A DNA stretch of 64,000 nucleotides from Escherichia coli (GCF_001677475.2 NZ_CP015229.1), one strand, 5' to 3'; shown: positions 1 through 13,453, counted from the first letter of the stretch. The notes: generated by a model from the sequence alone, not told the origin. Numbers and translations are program-made.

Positions 1-1
1 A

Positions 2-790
2 AGCGCGATGTTGATCACCATGTTCTCGTTTATGGGCGCAGAAATTGTCACCATTGCCGCCGCGGAATCCGACACGCCGGAAAAACATATTGTCCGCGCC
101 ACCAACTCGGTTATCTGGCGTATTTCTATCTTCTATTTGTGTTCTATTTTTGTCGTTGTGGCATTAATACCGTGGAATATGCCGGGGCTGAAAGCCGTTG
201 GATCTTATCGCTCGGTTCTGGAATTGCTCAATATTCCCCATGCGAAATTAATCATGGACTGCGTGATATTACTTTCCGTAACCAGTTGCCTGAACTCGGC
301 GCTGTATACCGCTTCCAGAATGCTCTACTCCTTAAGCCGTCGCGGTGATGCTCCCGCGGTAATGGGTAAAATCAACCGCAGTAAAACCCCGTATGTGGCG
401 GTGTTACTCTCCACCGGAGCGGCATTTTTAACGGTGGTGGTGAATTATTACGCGCCTGCGAAAGTGTTTAAATTCCTGATCGACAGTTCCGGCGCTATCG
501 CCCTGCTGGTTTATTTAGTCATCGCCGTTTCACAGTTGCGGATGCGCAAAATTCTGCGAGCAGAAGGAAGCGAAATTCGCCTGCGTATGTGGCTTTATCC
601 CTGGCTCACCTGGCTGGTCATCGGCTTTATTACCTTTGTGTTGGTAGTGATGCTATTCCGTCCGGCGCAACAGTTAGAAGTGATCTCCACCGGCTTATTA
701 GCGATAGGGATTATCTGTACCGTGCCAATTATGGCTCGCTGGAAAAAGCTGGTATTGTGGCAAAAAACACCCGTTCATAATACGCGCTGA
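2..790 (+). CDS. gabP: GABA permease, C-terminal part (5' end lies outside the window)
   Basis: ORF-track frame 8..790 is open back to the window edge; hydrophobic APC-permease-like sequence; sits immediately upstream of csiR as in the gab operon. Confidence 0.75.
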   Translation, partial: SAMLITMFSFMGAEIVTIAAAESDTPEKHIVRATNSVIWRISIFYLCSIFVVVALIPWNMPGLKAVGSYRSVLELLNIPHAKLIMDCVILLSVTSCLNSALYTASRMLYSLSRRGDAPAVMGKINRSKTPYVAVLLSTGAAFLTVVVNYYAPAKVFKFLIDSSGAIALLVYLVIAVSQLRMRKILRAEGSEIRLRMWLYPWLTWLVIGFITFVLVVMLFRPAQQLEVISTGLLAIGIICTVPIMARWKKLVLWQKTPVHNTR

Positions 791-810
791 TCATGATCAG
801 GAGTCACACC

Positions 811-1473
811 ATGACCATTACGTCTCTGGATGGCTATCGCTGGCTGAAGAACGATATTATTCGCGGTAATTTTCAACCGGATGAAAAATTACGGATGAGT
901 TTGCTGACATCGCGTTATGCACTTGGCGTTGGGCCGTTACGGGAAGCTCTTTCGCAACTGGTGGCGGAACGGCTGGTCACGGTGGTGAATCAAAAAGGGT
1001 ATCGGGTGGCGTCAATGTCAGAGCAGGAGCTTCTCGATATTTTCGACGCCCGCGCCAATATGGAAGCGATGTTAGTGAGTCTGGCTATTGCCCGCGGTGG
1101 CGATGAGTGGGAGGCAGACGTTCTTGCGAAGGCGCATCTGCTCAGTAAGCTTGAGGCCTGTGACGCCAGTGAGAAAATGCTTGATGAGTGGGATCTGCGT
1201 CATCAGGCGTTTCATACTGCAATTGTGGCGGGCTGTGGTTCTCACTATTTGCTGCAAATGCGTGAACGGTTGTTTGATCTGGCGGCGCGCTATCGATTTA
1301 TCTGGCTGCGGCGAACAGTGCTTTCGGTGGAAATGCTGGAGGATAAACACGATCAGCACCAGACCCTGACTGCGGCGGTACTGGCGCGAGATACCGCGCG
1401 CGCCAGTGAGTTAATGCGCCAGCATTTACTGACGCCAATTCCCATTATCCAGCAGGCGATGGCTGGCAATTAA
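811..1473 (+). CDS. csiR: GntR-family transcriptional repressor CsiR
   Basis: ORF 793..1473; recognised N-terminus MTITSLDGYRWLKN begins at internal Met; synteny after gabP. Confidence 0.85.
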   Translation: MTITSLDGYRWLKNDIIRGNFQPDEKLRMSLLTSRYALGVGPLREALSQLVAERLVTVVNQKGYRVASMSEQELLDIFDARANMEAMLVSLAIARGGDEWEADVLAKAHLLSKLEACDASEKMLDEWDLRHQAFHTAIVAGCGSHYLLQMRERLFDLAARYRFIWLRRTVLSVEMLEDKHDQHQTLTAAVLARDTARASELMRQHLLTPIPIIQQAMAGN

Positions 1474-1923
1474 CTACTCTTCAGGAATACGCAACACTTG
1501 CCCCGGGTAAATTTTATCCGGGCTTTTTAGCATCGGTTTATTCGCTTCGAAGATTTTATTGTACAGATTGGCGTTACCGTAGACCTGTTTGGAAATGGCA
1601 CTCAGAGTGTCGCCAGACTTAACGGTATAAAACTGGCTGGCAGTGGCTGGTGTCACCGTTTTCACCTGATCATCGACACTGGCAATACCGGAAATATTCC
1701 CCACCGCAACAAGGATTTTCTCCTTTGCCTCCTGACTTAAGCCGTCACCAGTGACCGTCGCTTTGCCGTCGGCAATTTGAATGTTCACTTTATCGGCATC
1801 AGGTATACCGGTTTTGTTCAGATGCTCCTGCACCTTCTTCGCCTGATCGTCTTTATCGTGCTGACCTGTAACCGCGTCCCAGAGTTTTTCTCCGGCATCT
1901 TTCACAAAATTGAACAGACCCAT
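1474..1923 (-). CDS. ygaU: BON/LysM domain protein YgaU (Kbp)
   Basis: ORF 1474..1950; recognised start [11 protein letters not shown] at internal Met; C-terminal LysM-like [14 protein letters not shown]. Confidence 0.85.
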   Translation of the reverse strand: MGLFNFVKDAGEKLWDAVTGQHDKDDQAKKVQEHLNKTGIPDADKVNIQIADGKATVTGDGLSQEAKEKILVAVGNISGIASVDDQVKTVTPATASQFYTVKSGDTLSAISKQVYGNANLYNKIFEANKPMLKSPDKIYPGQVLRIPEE

Positions 1924-2006
1924 AGCTACCTCATTCGTTAACGGAAACACTCAGAAAGTGTAGCAGAGGAACGCGGCGCGTTAACGCCGCGGGGGTGAGG
2001 ACAGGT

Positions 2007-2165
2007 TTAATCGCGGGTTTGCACCCAGAACGCGTGAATCAAACCGGGGATATAGCCAAGCAGTGTCAGCAGAATATTAATAATGAACGCCCAACCGAAC
2101 CCTTTACCGAGCAGCACGCCGAGCGGCGGCAGAATGATGGTGATGACGATTCTCCAGAAACCCAT
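2007..2165 (-). CDS. yqaE: Small membrane protein YqaE (52 aa, below the ORF-track size cut-off)
   Basis: Manual minus-strand translation gives MGFWRIVITIILPPLGVLLGKGFGWAFIINILLTLLGYIPGLIHAFWVQTRD; conserved position between ygaU and ygaV. Confidence 0.8.
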   Translation of the reverse strand: MGFWRIVITIILPPLGVLLGKGFGWAFIINILLTLLGYIPGLIHAFWVQTRD

Positions 2166-2347
2166 ATGTACTCCCTATAAGAAAATTACTCATTGTTTAA
2201 AAAGAGATTTTATCTCTTAAGCGTAGTAATTTTAGCGGAGCCTGCCAGTTTGAGCTTACGCTTTTACTCTCATTTACGCTGCTGATGCTGGTATATGTTG
2301 CATTTTTAGTTTAGAGTTTACTTAATTTAGAAAAAACTTAAATAACT

Positions 2348-2647
2348 ATGACTGAACTCGCGCAATTACAGGCCAGTGCCGAACAGGCAGCGGCCTTATT
2401 GAAAGCAATGAGCCACCCTAAACGGTTGCTGATTCTGTGCATGCTTAGCGGTTCCCCCGGTACCAGTGCGGGAGAGCTGACGCGCATTACCGGACTGAGT
2501 GCCTCTGCGACATCACAGCATCTCGCTCGTATGCGGGACGAAGGGCTTATCGACAGCCAACGGGATGCCCAACGCATTCTATATTCCATTAAAAATGAGG
2601 CGGTAAATGCCATTATCGCCACCCTGAAAAATGTCTATTGTCCGTAA
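2348..2647 (+). CDS. ygaV: ArsR-family HTH transcriptional regulator YgaV
   Basis: 99-aa ORF; ArsR-type HTH; precedes the rhodanese gene ygaP with a 9-bp gap. Confidence 0.85.
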   Translation: MTELAQLQASAEQAAALLKAMSHPKRLLILCMLSGSPGTSAGELTRITGLSASATSQHLARMRDEGLIDSQRDAQRILYSIKNEAVNAIIATLKNVYCP

Positions 2648-2656
2648 GGAGTCACT

Positions 2657-3181
2657 ATGGCTTTGACAACCATTTCGCCGCATGATGCACAAGAATTAAT
2701 CGCACGCGGCGCAAAGTTAATCGATATTCGTGATGCTGATGAATATCTTCGTGAACATATTCCTGAAGCAGATCTGGCTCCATTATCCGTGCTCGAAAAG
2801 TCAGGTCTTCCGCCTAAATTACGTCGCGAGCAAATTATCTTCCACTGCCAGGCAGGTAAACGCACCAGTAATAACGCCGATAAATTAGCAGCGATTGCCG
2901 CACCCGCAGAAATCTTTTTACTCGAAGATGGGATTGATGGCTGGAAAAAAGCAGGATTGCCAGTTGCGGTAAATAAATCTCAACCCTTGCCGTTAATGCG
3001 CCAGGTGCAGATCGCCGCAGGTGGTTTAATATTAATCGGCGTTGTACTGGGTTATACCGTAAATAGCGGTTTCTTCTTATTAAGCGGCTTTGTTGGTGCC
3101 GGGTTACTGTTTGCAGGAATTAGCGGTTTTTGTGGGATGGCAAGGTTGTTAGATAAGATGCCTTGGAACCAACGAGCTTGA
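2657..3181 (+). CDS. ygaP: Membrane-anchored rhodanese (thiosulfate sulfurtransferase) YgaP
   Basis: 174-aa ORF; rhodanese active-site region FHCQAGKRT; hydrophobic C-terminal tail. Confidence 0.85.
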   Translation: MALTTISPHDAQELIARGAKLIDIRDADEYLREHIPEADLAPLSVLEKSGLPPKLRREQIIFHCQAGKRTSNNADKLAAIAAPAEIFLLEDGIDGWKKAGLPVAVNKSQPLPLMRQVQIAAGGLILIGVVLGYTVNSGFFLLSGFVGAGLLFAGISGFCGMARLLDKMPWNQRA

Positions 3182-3227
3182 GAAGCGACGCCGGACGCGC
3201 CATAGCAGCGACATCCGGCCTCAGTAA

Positions 3228-3632
3228 TTAGATCAGGAAATCGTCGAGAGATTTACCTTCTGCCAGCGCCTGAGCGATTGGCTTCGGTGTACGGCCCTGA
3301 CCGGTCCAGGTTTTAGTTTCACCGTTAACATCGGTGAATTTATATTTTGCCGGACGCGGCTGGCGTTTTTTACCAGCGCGTGGGGCGGCCGCGGAGCTAT
3401 TACCCAATAACTCTTCCGGGTTAATTCCGTCAGCTTTCATCAGCTCCAGCCAGGTACTAATTTTTTCCTGGCGCTCTGCCAGTTCACGCTGCTGCTGTTC
3501 TTCTTCTTCACGTCTTTCTTTAGTGACAACCCTGAATTTTTCGAGCATTTCTTCAAGAACGTCAATGGAGAATTCGCGAGCCATCGCACGGAGGGTGCGA
3601 ATGTTATTTAAACTTTGTAACATTACGGACAT
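3228..3632 (-). CDS. stpA: H-NS paralogue StpA
   Basis: 134-aa ORF; recognised H-NS-family sequence including C-terminal [16 protein letters not shown]. Confidence 0.9.
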   Translation of the reverse strand: MSVMLQSLNNIRTLRAMAREFSIDVLEEMLEKFRVVTKERREEEEQQQRELAERQEKISTWLELMKADGINPEELLGNSSAAAPRAGKKRQPRPAKYKFTDVNGETKTWTGQGRTPKPIAQALAEGKSLDDFLI

Positions 3633-4299
3633 AATAAAGAAAACCTTTTAACGCCAAAACAAAAAAGTATTTCGTCGCGTAGTGTAAGCGATCACTTATT
3701 ATATTTCCACAAAATTTAATCTATTTACAGTCCTGCGCGAGATTATTTCAGCTGTTATTTTCTGAAACTCTCAGAATAATTTCAAGATTATATATTAGCC
3801 ATTTTGATGAGTAATTTAGGTTATTGGTGAACAGAGCGGCGCTCTCTGCTCGCTAATTCCGCAAGCCTGACAACACCAAAGTGAATAAAAATGCAATATA
3901 ACAGAATAAAAGAAAACATCCATCACTGGTGCTTTCTGCTGTTAATGTACATTGTCTGGCATAAAAAATGCTGAAAATGACCCGGTCACGACATACACCG
4001 AATTCTCTACGCTTATAGCGTTACCTCACCCCCAAACTTTCATTAGTGAAATTAAAGGCAAGCTAATATCTAATTGATTTAATTGAAAATAAATCATATC
4101 GGCATGTAAAAATCCACAATGTACAAAAAACGCGCCGTTACGGAATATTTTATCTACAAAAACTGACTAAATAAAAATTTTTCACTAATTGATTAGTCAT
4201 AGCCAGCGATATACGCTATGCGAAAATGCAGATGGCAATGAGATCCACTGCTTTCATCTCCATTAACATCCCATTACGCTTTTATTAAGGAGCATTAGC

Positions 4300-4749
4300 A
4301 TGTTCTCACCGCAGTCACGCTTGCGTCATGCAGTTGCAGATACGTTCGCGATGGTTGTTTACTGTTCTGTCGTGAACATGTGTATTGAAGTTTTCCTCTC
4401 CGGAATGAGCTTCGAACAGTCTTTTTATTCCAGATTGGTAGCGATTCCGGTGAACATCTTAATTGCATGGCCATACGGTATGTACCGCGATCTGTTTATG
4501 CGCGCGGCACGCAAAGTTAGCCCGTCGGGCTGGATAAAAAATCTGGCGGATATCCTGGCTTATGTGACGTTCCAGTCACCGGTGTATGTGGCGATCTTGT
4601 TAGTGGTGGGCGCAGACTGGCATCAGATTATGGCGGCGGTCAGTTCAAACATCGTTGTTTCGATGTTGATGGGGGCGGTTTATGGCTACTTCCTCGATTA
4701 TTGCCGCCGACTGTTTAAAGTCAGCCGTTACCAGCAGGTAAAAGCCTGA
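4300..4749 (+). CDS. alaE: L-alanine exporter AlaE
   Basis: 149-aa hydrophobic ORF after the long AT-rich spacer; synteny. Confidence 0.8.
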   Translation: MFSPQSRLRHAVADTFAMVVYCSVVNMCIEVFLSGMSFEQSFYSRLVAIPVNILIAWPYGMYRDLFMRAARKVSPSGWIKNLADILAYVTFQSPVYVAILLVVGADWHQIMAAVSSNIVVSMLMGAVYGYFLDYCRRLFKVSRYQQVKA

Positions 4750-4785
4750 CTCTTCTTTTCGCGACTGGCATCGCCAGTCGCGTCT

Positions 4786-5130
4786 TTAACTGGCTTCGCC
4801 AAATAAACCATTTAAATAACGTTCAAGCGCAACACGCGAACTAAAGCCATGCGGGATACCGTAATGCTCGTGTCGCTCGCCTGCTAAATAGAGCGGAAAT
4901 TGTTGATAATGATCGCAAGTTTTAATATCGGAAGCGGGTTCAGCCAGTGTCGAACTACGTTCTTTTAATGTTGGATGAATTACCAGTGCGGTACGTCCCA
5001 TTCGCGCTTCGCGATTAACATAGACATAATTTTCCCCACGGCGGTAACCATACGCTTTCTGGGTTACCACATCGACAGTAAAACCGACTTTTTCAAGTAC
5101 GCGCGCCACCTCGTCTGGTCGTAAATACAT
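4786..5130 (-). CDS. ygaC: Uncharacterised protein YgaC
   Basis: 114-aa ORF; synteny. Confidence 0.75.
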
Positions 5131-5269
5131 ATTTGATCCTCGTTATTATCAACCGCGGGCCTACCTTACCTGATTGCGCATTCACAACGCTTTCAGAAAA
5201 GTCCATAAAGCCGCGATGAACCTCAGTTAAGAAAATTATGGTCTACACTGAAAATTACATCGAATTCTA

Positions 5270-5611
5270 ATGGGGGATCATATGTTTAACCGACCGAACC
5301 GCAACGACGTTGATGATGGCGTGCAGGATATCCAGAATGATGTCAATCAATTAGCTGACAGCCTCGAATCTGTATTGAAGTCCTGGGGCAGCGACGCCAA
5401 AGGGGAAGCTGAAGCCGCACGCAGTAAAGCTCAGGCATTGCTGAAAGAAACCAGGGCGCGAATGCATGGTCGTACTCGCGTCCAGCAAGCCGCACGCGAT
5501 GCCGTTGGCTGCGCGGATTCTTTTGTTCGTGAAAGACCCTGGTGTAGCGTGGGTACAGCAGCTGCGGTAGGTATTTTTATCGGCGCACTGTTAAGCATGC
5601 GCAAATCGTAG
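5270..5611 (+). CDS. ygaM: ElaB/YqjD-family membrane-anchored protein YgaM (true start may be the Met at 5282)
   Basis: 113-aa ORF; hydrophilic N-terminus with a C-terminal transmembrane anchor; synteny. Confidence 0.75.
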   Translation: MGDHMFNRPNRNDVDDGVQDIQNDVNQLADSLESVLKSWGSDAKGEAEAARSKAQALLKETRARMHGRTRVQQAARDAVGCADSFVRERPWCSVGTAAAVGIFIGALLSMRKS

Positions 5612-5642
5612 TGCAAAAATGATAATAAATACGCGTCTTTGA

Positions 5643-5672
5643 CCCCGAAGCCTGTCTTCGGGGTTTCTTTTT
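5643..5672 (+). terminator. Rho-independent terminator downstream of ygaM
   Basis: ccccgaag / cttcgggg stem followed by tttcttttt. Confidence 0.6.
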
Positions 5673-5740
5673 GCCTGGTGAATCACAAAAATCCCCCTAC
5701 CCCGTCACGCTCATATCCAGGGTAATTTCGACCACTATTT

Positions 5741-5756
5741 GCTATATATTGTGTGG
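5741..5756 (+). promoter_or_regulatory. NrdR-box-like AT-rich palindrome upstream of nrdH
   Basis: gctatatattgtgtgg partial palindrome about 100 bp upstream of nrdH; consensus quoted from memory only. Confidence 0.3.
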
Positions 5757-5858
5757 TTGAATCTTTTTTCAACTACATCTAGTATCTCTGTATCAACAGA
5801 GAGACAACCCGACGCGTATCATCGCGCCGTATCTTCATTTTAAACGGAAATACGAATC

Positions 5859-6104
5859 ATGCGCATTACTATTTACACTCGTAACGATTGCGTTCAGTGC
5901 CACGCCACCAAACGGGCGATGGAAAACCGGGGCTTTGATTTTGAAATGATTAATGTCGATCGCGTTCCAGAAGCGGCAGAAGCGCTGCGTGCTCAGGGCT
6001 TTCGTCAGTTGCCGGTAGTGATTGCTGGCGATCTTAGCTGGTCTGGTTTCCGTCCGGACATGATTAACCGTCTGCATCCAGCGCCACACGCGGCCAGTGC
6101 ATGA
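5859..6104 (+). CDS. nrdH: Glutaredoxin-like protein NrdH
   Basis: 81-aa ORF with CVQC redox motif; first gene of nrdHIEF. Confidence 0.9.
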   Translation: MRITIYTRNDCVQCHATKRAMENRGFDFEMINVDRVPEAAEALRAQGFRQLPVVIAGDLSWSGFRPDMINRLHPAPHAASA

Positions 6105-6511
6105 GCCAGCTCGTCTACTTCTCCAGCAGCTCCGAAAACACGCAGCGTTTTATCGAACGTTTAGGTCTGCCCGCGGTGCGCATCCCGCTCAATGAGCGGG
6201 AACGGATTCAGGTAGACGGGCCTTACATCCTGATCGTGCCCTCTTACGGCGGCGGCGGTACGGCTGGCGCGGTGCCACGACAGGTAATCCGCTTTTTAAA
6301 CGACGAGCACAACCGGGCGTTGCTTCGCGGCGTTATTGCTTCGGGTAATCGCAACTTTGGTGAGGCGTATGGCCGCGCCGGAGATGTGATTGCTCAGAAA
6401 TGCGGCGTGCCGTGGCTGTACCGCTTTGAACTCATGGGTACGCAAAGCGATATCGAAAACGTTCGTAAAGGAGTAACTGAATTTTGGCAACGACAACCGC
6501 AGAATGCCTGA
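6101..6511 (+). CDS. nrdI: Flavodoxin-like protein NrdI
   Basis: 136-aa ORF overlapping the nrdH stop; synteny. Confidence 0.9.
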   Translation: MSQLVYFSSSSENTQRFIERLGLPAVRIPLNERERIQVDGPYILIVPSYGGGGTAGAVPRQVIRFLNDEHNRALLRGVIASGNRNFGEAYGRAGDVIAQKCGVPWLYRFELMGTQSDIENVRKGVTEFWQRQPQNA

Positions 6512-8628
6512 CGCAGGAAACGATGGATTACCACGCGCTGAATGCGATGCTTAACCTCTACGACAGCGCAGGTCGCATTCAGTTCGATAAAGACCGCCAG
6601 GCCGTTGACGCCTTTATTGCGACGCATGTGCGTCCGAACAGTGTGACCTTCGGTAGCCAGCAGCAGCGCCTGAACTGGCTGGTCAACGAAGGTTACTATG
6701 ATGAAAGCGTTCTTAATCGCTACTCTCGCGACTTTGTCATTACGCTGTTTGCCCACGCACACACCAGCGGTTTTCGTTTTCAGACATTCCTCGGAGCATG
6801 GAAGTTTTACACCAGCTATACGTTGAAGACATTCGACGGTAAGCGTTATCTGGAAGATTTTGCCGATCGAGTCACGATGGTGGCGCTGACGCTGGCACAA
6901 GGCGATGAAACACTGGCGACGCAACTGACCGATGAGATGCTGTCAGGACGCTTTCAGCCTGCAACACCGACATTCCTCAACTGTGGTAAGCAGCAGCGCG
7001 GCGAACTGGTTTCCTGTTTTTTGCTGCGTATTGAAGACAATATGGAGTCGATTGGTCGGGCGGTAAATTCCGCACTGCAACTGTCGAAACGCGGCGGCGG
7101 CGTAGCATTTTTGCTGTCGAATCTGCGGGAAGCGGGCGCGCCAATTAAACGTATTGAAAATCAATCTTCTGGCGTAATTCCGGTGATGAAAATGCTGGAA
7201 GACGCATTTTCCTATGCCAACCAACTCGGCGCGCGTCAGGGGGCTGGTGCAGTCTATTTACATGCTCATCATCCCGATATTCTGCGTTTTCTCGACACGA
7301 AACGGGAAAATGCCGACGAAAAAATCCGCATTAAAACACTGTCGCTTGGCGTGGTGATCCCGGATATCACTTTCCATCTGGCAAAAGAGAATGCGCAGAT
7401 GGCGCTGTTTTCGCCTTATGACGTAGAGCGAGTTTATGGCAAGCCGTTTGCCGATGTCGCCATTAGCGAACACTATGACGAACTGGTTGCCGATGAACGC
7501 ATCCGCAAAAAATACCTCAACGCCCGTGATTTCTTCCAGCGACTGGCAGAAATCCAGTTTGAGTCCGGCTATCCCTACATCATGTATGAAGACACGGTAA
7601 ACCGTGCTAACCCTATCGCCGGGCGCATAAATATGAGCAATCTTTGCTCAGAGATTTTGCAGGTTAACAGCGCATCAGAGTATAACGAGAATCTCGACTA
7701 TGCCCGCACAGGCCATGATATTTCCTGCAATTTAGGTTCGTTGAATATTGCGCACACCATGGATTCCCCGGACTTTGCCCGCACGGTAGAGACTGCCGTA
7801 CGCGGTTTAACGGCGGTGTCAGATATGAGTCATATCCGCAGCGTGCCGTCCATCGAAGCCGGAAATGCCGCCTCACACGCCATCGGGCTGGGGCAGATGA
7901 ATTTACACGGTTATCTGGCGCGAGAAGGCATCGCTTATGGTTCGCCGGAAGCACTGGATTTCACCAATCTCTATTTCTATACCATCACCTGGCACGCACT
8001 GCGTACCTCAATGTTGCTGGCACGCGAACGCGGTGAAACCTTCGCCGGGTTCAAACAGTCACGCTATGCCAGTGGTGAATATTTTAGCCAATATCTGCAA
8101 GGGAACTGGCAGCCGAAAACGGCGAAAGTTGGCGAACTGTTTACCCGTAGCGGTATTACGTTACCTACCCGTGAGATGTGGGCGCAGCTGCGCGACGACG
8201 TGATGTGCTACGGCATTTACAACCAGAATCTTCAGGCGGTGCCGCCAACCGGTTCTATCTCTTATATCAACCATGCTACGTCGAGTATTCATCCGATTGT
8301 GGCGAAAGTAGAGATACGCAAAGAGGGCAAAACAGGACGCGTTTACTACCCTGCCCCGTTTATGACTAACGAGAATCTGGCGCTGTATCAGGATGCTTAC
8401 GCAATCGGCGCAGAAAAGATCATCGACACCTACGCGGAAGCGACTCGCCATGTCGATCAGGGTTTGTCGCTGACGCTGTTTTTCCCCGATACCGCCACCA
8501 CTCGCGATATCAACAAAGCGCAGATTTACGCCTGGCGCAAGGGTATCAAAACGCTCTATTACATTCGCCTGCGTCAGATGGCGCTGGAAGGCACTGAAAT
8601 TGAAGGCTGCGTCTCCTGTGCACTTTAA
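6484..8628 (+). CDS. nrdE: Class Ib ribonucleotide reductase alpha subunit
   Basis: 714-aa ORF; RNR large-subunit features including a C-terminal CxxC pair (EGCVSCAL). Confidence 0.9.
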   Translation: MATTTAECLTQETMDYHALNAMLNLYDSAGRIQFDKDRQAVDAFIATHVRPNSVTFGSQQQRLNWLVNEGYYDESVLNRYSRDFVITLFAHAHTSGFRFQTFLGAWKFYTSYTLKTFDGKRYLEDFADRVTMVALTLAQGDETLATQLTDEMLSGRFQPATPTFLNCGKQQRGELVSCFLLRIEDNMESIGRAVNSALQLSKRGGGVAFLLSNLREAGAPIKRIENQSSGVIPVMKMLEDAFSYANQLGARQGAGAVYLHAHHPDILRFLDTKRENADEKIRIKTLSLGVVIPDITFHLAKENAQMALFSPYDVERVYGKPFADVAISEHYDELVADERIRKKYLNARDFFQRLAEIQFESGYPYIMYEDTVNRANPIAGRINMSNLCSEILQVNSASEYNENLDYARTGHDISCNLGSLNIAHTMDSPDFARTVETAVRGLTAVSDMSHIRSVPSIEAGNAASHAIGLGQMNLHGYLAREGIAYGSPEALDFTNLYFYTITWHALRTSMLLARERGETFAGFKQSRYASGEYFSQYLQGNWQPKTAKVGELFTRSGITLPTREMWAQLRDDVMCYGIYNQNLQAVPPTGSISYINHATSSIHPIVAKVEIRKEGKTGRVYYPAPFMTNENLALYQDAYAIGAEKIIDTYAEATRHVDQGLSLTLFFPDTATTRDINKAQIYAWRKGIKTLYYIRLRQMALEGTEIEGCVSCAL

Positions 8629-9597
<969 letters not shown>

Positions 9598-9952
9598 GGG
9601 TGTTATTTTCAAAAATATCACTACCCGCGACAGGGAAATAATTCCCGCCAAATAGCTTTTTATCACGCAAATATTTTGTGGCGATCTACACTGATACTCT
9701 GTTGCATTATTCGCCTGAAACCACAATATTCAGGCGTTTTTTCGCTATCTTTGACAAAAAATATCAACTTTTCTCGATTTGCTCTCAGCCCTTATATCAC
9801 GGGAAATTCCGGCGATTTGCTCGCATCAATATTCATGCCACATTTGCCATCAGGGGTTGCCTCAGATTCTCAGTATGTTAGGGTAGAAAAAAGTGACTAT
9901 TTCCATTGGGTAATATATCGACATAAACAAATAACAGGAATCTTTCTATTGC

Positions 9953-11155
9953 ATGGCAATTAAATTAGAAATTAAAAATCTTTATAAAATATTTGGTGAG
10001 CATCCACAGCGAGCGTTCAAATATATCGAACAAGGACTTTCAAAAGAACAAATTCTGGAAAAAACTGGGCTATCGCTTGGCGTAAAAGACGCCAGTCTGG
10101 CCATTGAAGAAGGCGAGATATTTGTCATCATGGGATTATCCGGCTCGGGTAAATCCACAATGGTACGCCTTCTCAATCGCCTGATTGAACCCACCCGCGG
10201 GCAAGTGCTGATTGATGGTGTGGATATTGCCAAAATATCCGACGCCGAACTCCGTGAGGTGCGCAGAAAAAAGATTGCGATGGTCTTCCAGTCCTTTGCC
10301 TTAATGCCGCATATGACCGTGCTGGACAATACTGCGTTTGGTATGGAATTGGCCGGAATTAATGCCGAAGAACGCCGGGAAAAAGCCATTGATGCACTGC
10401 GTCAGGTCGGGCTGGAAAATTATGCCCACAGCTACCCGGATGAACTCTCTGGCGGGATGCGTCAACGTGTGGGATTAGCCCGCGCGTTAGCGATTAATCC
10501 GGATATATTATTAATGGACGAAGCCTTCTCGGCGCTCGATCCATTAATTCGTACAGAGATGCAGGATGAGCTGGTAAAATTACAGGCGAAACATCAGCGC
10601 ACCATTGTCTTTATTTCCCACGATCTCGATGAAGCTATGCGTATTGGCGACCGAATTGCCATTATGCAAAATGGTGAAGTGGTGCAGGTTGGTACACCGG
10701 ATGAAATTCTTAATAATCCGGCGAATGATTATGTCCGTACCTTCTTCCGTGGCGTCGATATTAGCCAGGTGTTCAGTGCGAAAGATATTGCCCGTCGTAC
10801 ACCGAACGGCTTAATTCGTAAAACCCCCGGCTTCGGCCCGCGTTCGGCACTGAAATTATTGCAGGATGAAGATCGCGAATATGGCTACGTCATCGAACGC
10901 GGTAATAAGTTTGTCGGCGCTGTGTCTATCGATTCGCTTAAAGCCGCGTTAACGCAGCAGCAAGGTCTTGATGCGGCGCTGATTGATGCGCCGTTAGCGG
11001 TCGATGCACAAACGCCTCTTAGCGAGTTGCTCTCTCATGTCGGACAGGCACCCTGTGCGGTGCCCGTGGTCGACGAGGACCAACAGTATGTCGGCATCAT
11101 TTCGAAAGGAATGCTGCTGCGCGCTTTAGATCGTGAGGGGGTAAATAATGGCTGA
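9953..11155 (+). CDS. proV: Glycine betaine/proline ABC transporter ATPase ProV
   Basis: 400-aa ORF; Walker [13 protein letters not shown] signature [10 protein letters not shown]-terminal CBS-like region. Confidence 0.92.
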   Translation: MAIKLEIKNLYKIFGEHPQRAFKYIEQGLSKEQILEKTGLSLGVKDASLAIEEGEIFVIMGLSGSGKSTMVRLLNRLIEPTRGQVLIDGVDIAKISDAELREVRRKKIAMVFQSFALMPHMTVLDNTAFGMELAGINAEERREKAIDALRQVGLENYAHSYPDELSGGMRQRVGLARALAINPDILLMDEAFSALDPLIRTEMQDELVKLQAKHQRTIVFISHDLDEAMRIGDRIAIMQNGEVVQVGTPDEILNNPANDYVRTFFRGVDISQVFSAKDIARRTPNGLIRKTPGFGPRSALKLLQDEDREYGYVIERGNKFVGAVSIDSLKAALTQQQGLDAALIDAPLAVDAQTPLSELLSHVGQAPCAVPVVDEDQQYVGIISKGMLLRALDREGVNNG

Positions 11156-12212
11156 TCAAAATAATCCGTGGGATACCACGCCAGCGGCGGACAGTGCTGC
11201 ACAATCCGCAGACGCCTGGGGTACACCGACGACTGCACCGACTGACGGCGGTGGTGCTGACTGGCTGACCAGTACGCCTGCGCCAAACGTCGAGCATTTT
11301 AATATTCTCGATCCGTTCCATAAAACGCTGATCCCGCTCGACAGTTGGGTCACTGAAGGGATCGACTGGGTCGTTACCCATTTCCGTCCCGTCTTCCAGG
11401 GCGTGCGCGTTCCGGTTGATTATATCCTCAACGGTTTCCAGCAATTGCTGCTGGGTATGCCAGCGCCAGTGGCGATTATCGTTTTTGCTCTCATCGCCTG
11501 GCAGATTTCCGGGGTCGGAATGGGCGTGGCGACGCTGGTTTCGCTGATTGCCATCGGCGCAATCGGTGCCTGGTCGCAGGCAATGGTGACTCTGGCGCTG
11601 GTGTTAACCGCCCTGCTGTTCTGTATCGTCATCGGTTTGCCGTTGGGGATATGGCTGGCGAGAAGTCCGCGAGCGGCGAAAATTATTCGTCCACTGCTTG
11701 ATGCCATGCAGACCACGCCAGCGTTTGTTTATCTGGTGCCAATCGTCATGCTATTTGGTATCGGTAACGTGCCGGGCGTGGTGGTGACGATCATCTTTGC
11801 TCTGCCGCCGATTATCCGTCTGACCATTCTGGGGATTAACCAGGTTCCGGCGGATCTGATTGAAGCCTCGCGCTCATTCGGTGCCAGCCCGCGCCAGATG
11901 CTGTTCAAAGTTCAGTTACCGCTGGCGATGCCGACCATTATGGCGGGCGTTAACCAGACGCTGATGCTGGCCCTTTCTATGGTGGTCATTGCCTCGATGA
12001 TTGCCGTCGGCGGGCTGGGTCAGATGGTACTTCGCGGTATCGGTCGTCTGGATATGGGGCTTGCCACCGTTGGCGGCGTCGGGATTGTGATCCTCGCCAT
12101 TATCCTCGATCGCCTGACGCAGGCCGTTGGGCGCGACTCACGCAGTCGCGGCAACCGTCGCTGGTACACCACTGGCCCTGTTGGTCTGCTGACCCGCCCA
12201 TTCATTAAGTAA
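11148..12212 (+). CDS. proW: Glycine betaine/proline ABC transporter permease ProW
   Basis: 354-aa hydrophobic ORF overlapping the proV stop. Confidence 0.9.
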   Translation: MADQNNPWDTTPAADSAAQSADAWGTPTTAPTDGGGADWLTSTPAPNVEHFNILDPFHKTLIPLDSWVTEGIDWVVTHFRPVFQGVRVPVDYILNGFQQLLLGMPAPVAIIVFALIAWQISGVGMGVATLVSLIAIGAIGAWSQAMVTLALVLTALLFCIVIGLPLGIWLARSPRAAKIIRPLLDAMQTTPAFVYLVPIVMLFGIGNVPGVVVTIIFALPPIIRLTILGINQVPADLIEASRSFGASPRQMLFKVQLPLAMPTIMAGVNQTLMLALSMVVIASMIAVGGLGQMVLRGIGRLDMGLATVGGVGIVILAIILDRLTQAVGRDSRSRGNRRWYTTGPVGLLTRPFIK

Positions 12213-12269
12213 CTCTGCACTTGCCCGGTGACGCCGGGCATTATCACCCTGCCAAAAAAAGGAATAACA

Positions 12270-13262
12270 ATGCGACATAGCGTACTTTTTGCGACAGCGT
12301 TTGCCACGCTTATCTCTACACAAACTTTTGCTGCCGATCTGCCGGGCAAAGGCATTACTGTTAATCCAGTTCAGAGCACCATCACTGAAGAAACCTTCCA
12401 GACGCTGCTGGTCAGTCGTGCGCTGGAGAAATTAGGTTATACCGTCAATAAACCCAGTGAAGTGGATTACAACGTTGGCTACACCTCGCTTGCTTCCGGC
12501 GATGCAACCTTCACCGCCGTGAACTGGACGCCACTCCATGACAACATGTACGAAGCTGCCGGTGGCGATAAGAAATTTTATCGTGAAGGGGTATTTGTTA
12601 ACGGCGCGGCACAGGGTTACCTGATCGATAAGAAAACCGCCGACCAATACAAAATCACCAACATCGCACAACTTAAAGATCCGAAGATCGCCAAACTGTT
12701 CGATACCAACGGCGACGGTAAAGCGGATTTAACCGGCTGTAACCCAGGCTGGGGCTGCGAAGGTGCGATCAACCACCAGCTTGCCGCGTATGAACTGACC
12801 AACACCGTGACGCATAATCAGGGGAACTACGCAGCGATGATGGCCGACACCATCAGTCGCTACAAAGAGGGCAAACCGGTGTTTTATTACACCTGGACGC
12901 CGTACTGGGTGAGTAATGAGCTGAAGCCAGGGAAAGATGTGGTCTGGTTGCAGGTGCCGTTCTCCGCACTGCCGGGCGATAAAAACGCCGATACCAAACT
13001 GCCGAATGGTGCGAATTATGGCTTCCCGGTCAGCACCATGCATATCGTTGCCAACAAAGCCTGGGCCGAGAAAAACCCGGCAGCAGCGAAACTGTTTGCC
13101 ATTATGCAGTTGCCAGTGGCAGATATTAACGCCCAGAACGCCATTATGCATGACGGCAAAGCCTCAGAAGGCGATATTCAGGGCCATGTTGATGGTTGGA
13201 TCAAAGCCCACCAGCAGCAGTTCGATGGCTGGGTGAATGAGGCGCTGGCAGCGCAGAAGTAA
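12270..13262 (+). CDS. proX: Glycine betaine-binding periplasmic protein ProX
   Basis: ORF 12228..13262; recognised start [11 protein letters not shown] with signal peptide at internal Met. Confidence 0.88.
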
Positions 13263-13267
13263 TTTTT

Positions 13268-13352
13268 ATTCGGGCGGATAAGGCGTTTTTGCCTCATCCG
13301 CCGTTCTGTGCACAATGCCTGATGCGACGCTGGCGCGTCTTATCATGCCTAC
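13268..13352. repeat. REP/BIME-type palindromic repeats downstream of proX
   Basis: Two palindromic units incl. gcctgatgcgacgctggcgcgtcttatcatgcctaca. Confidence 0.6.
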
Positions 13353-13453
13353 AAACCACATCGCACATTTCAACAATCTATCTTTCATCCCATATTCATC
13401 AACATCCGCTATTATTGATTTCCAGCTTAATCATCACCTGATGAACAAAAATA

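Noticed and set aside
8-790. ORF-track start Met at position 8, implying a complete 260-aa protein
   Set aside because: The frame is open to the window edge and the protein is the C-terminal part of a roughly 466-aa permease; the Met is internal, so the gene is called as 5'-truncated.
1072-1369. Two ORFs of about 95 codons on opposite strands inside csiR
   Set aside because: Fully embedded in the csiR coding region in alternative frames; no independent signals.
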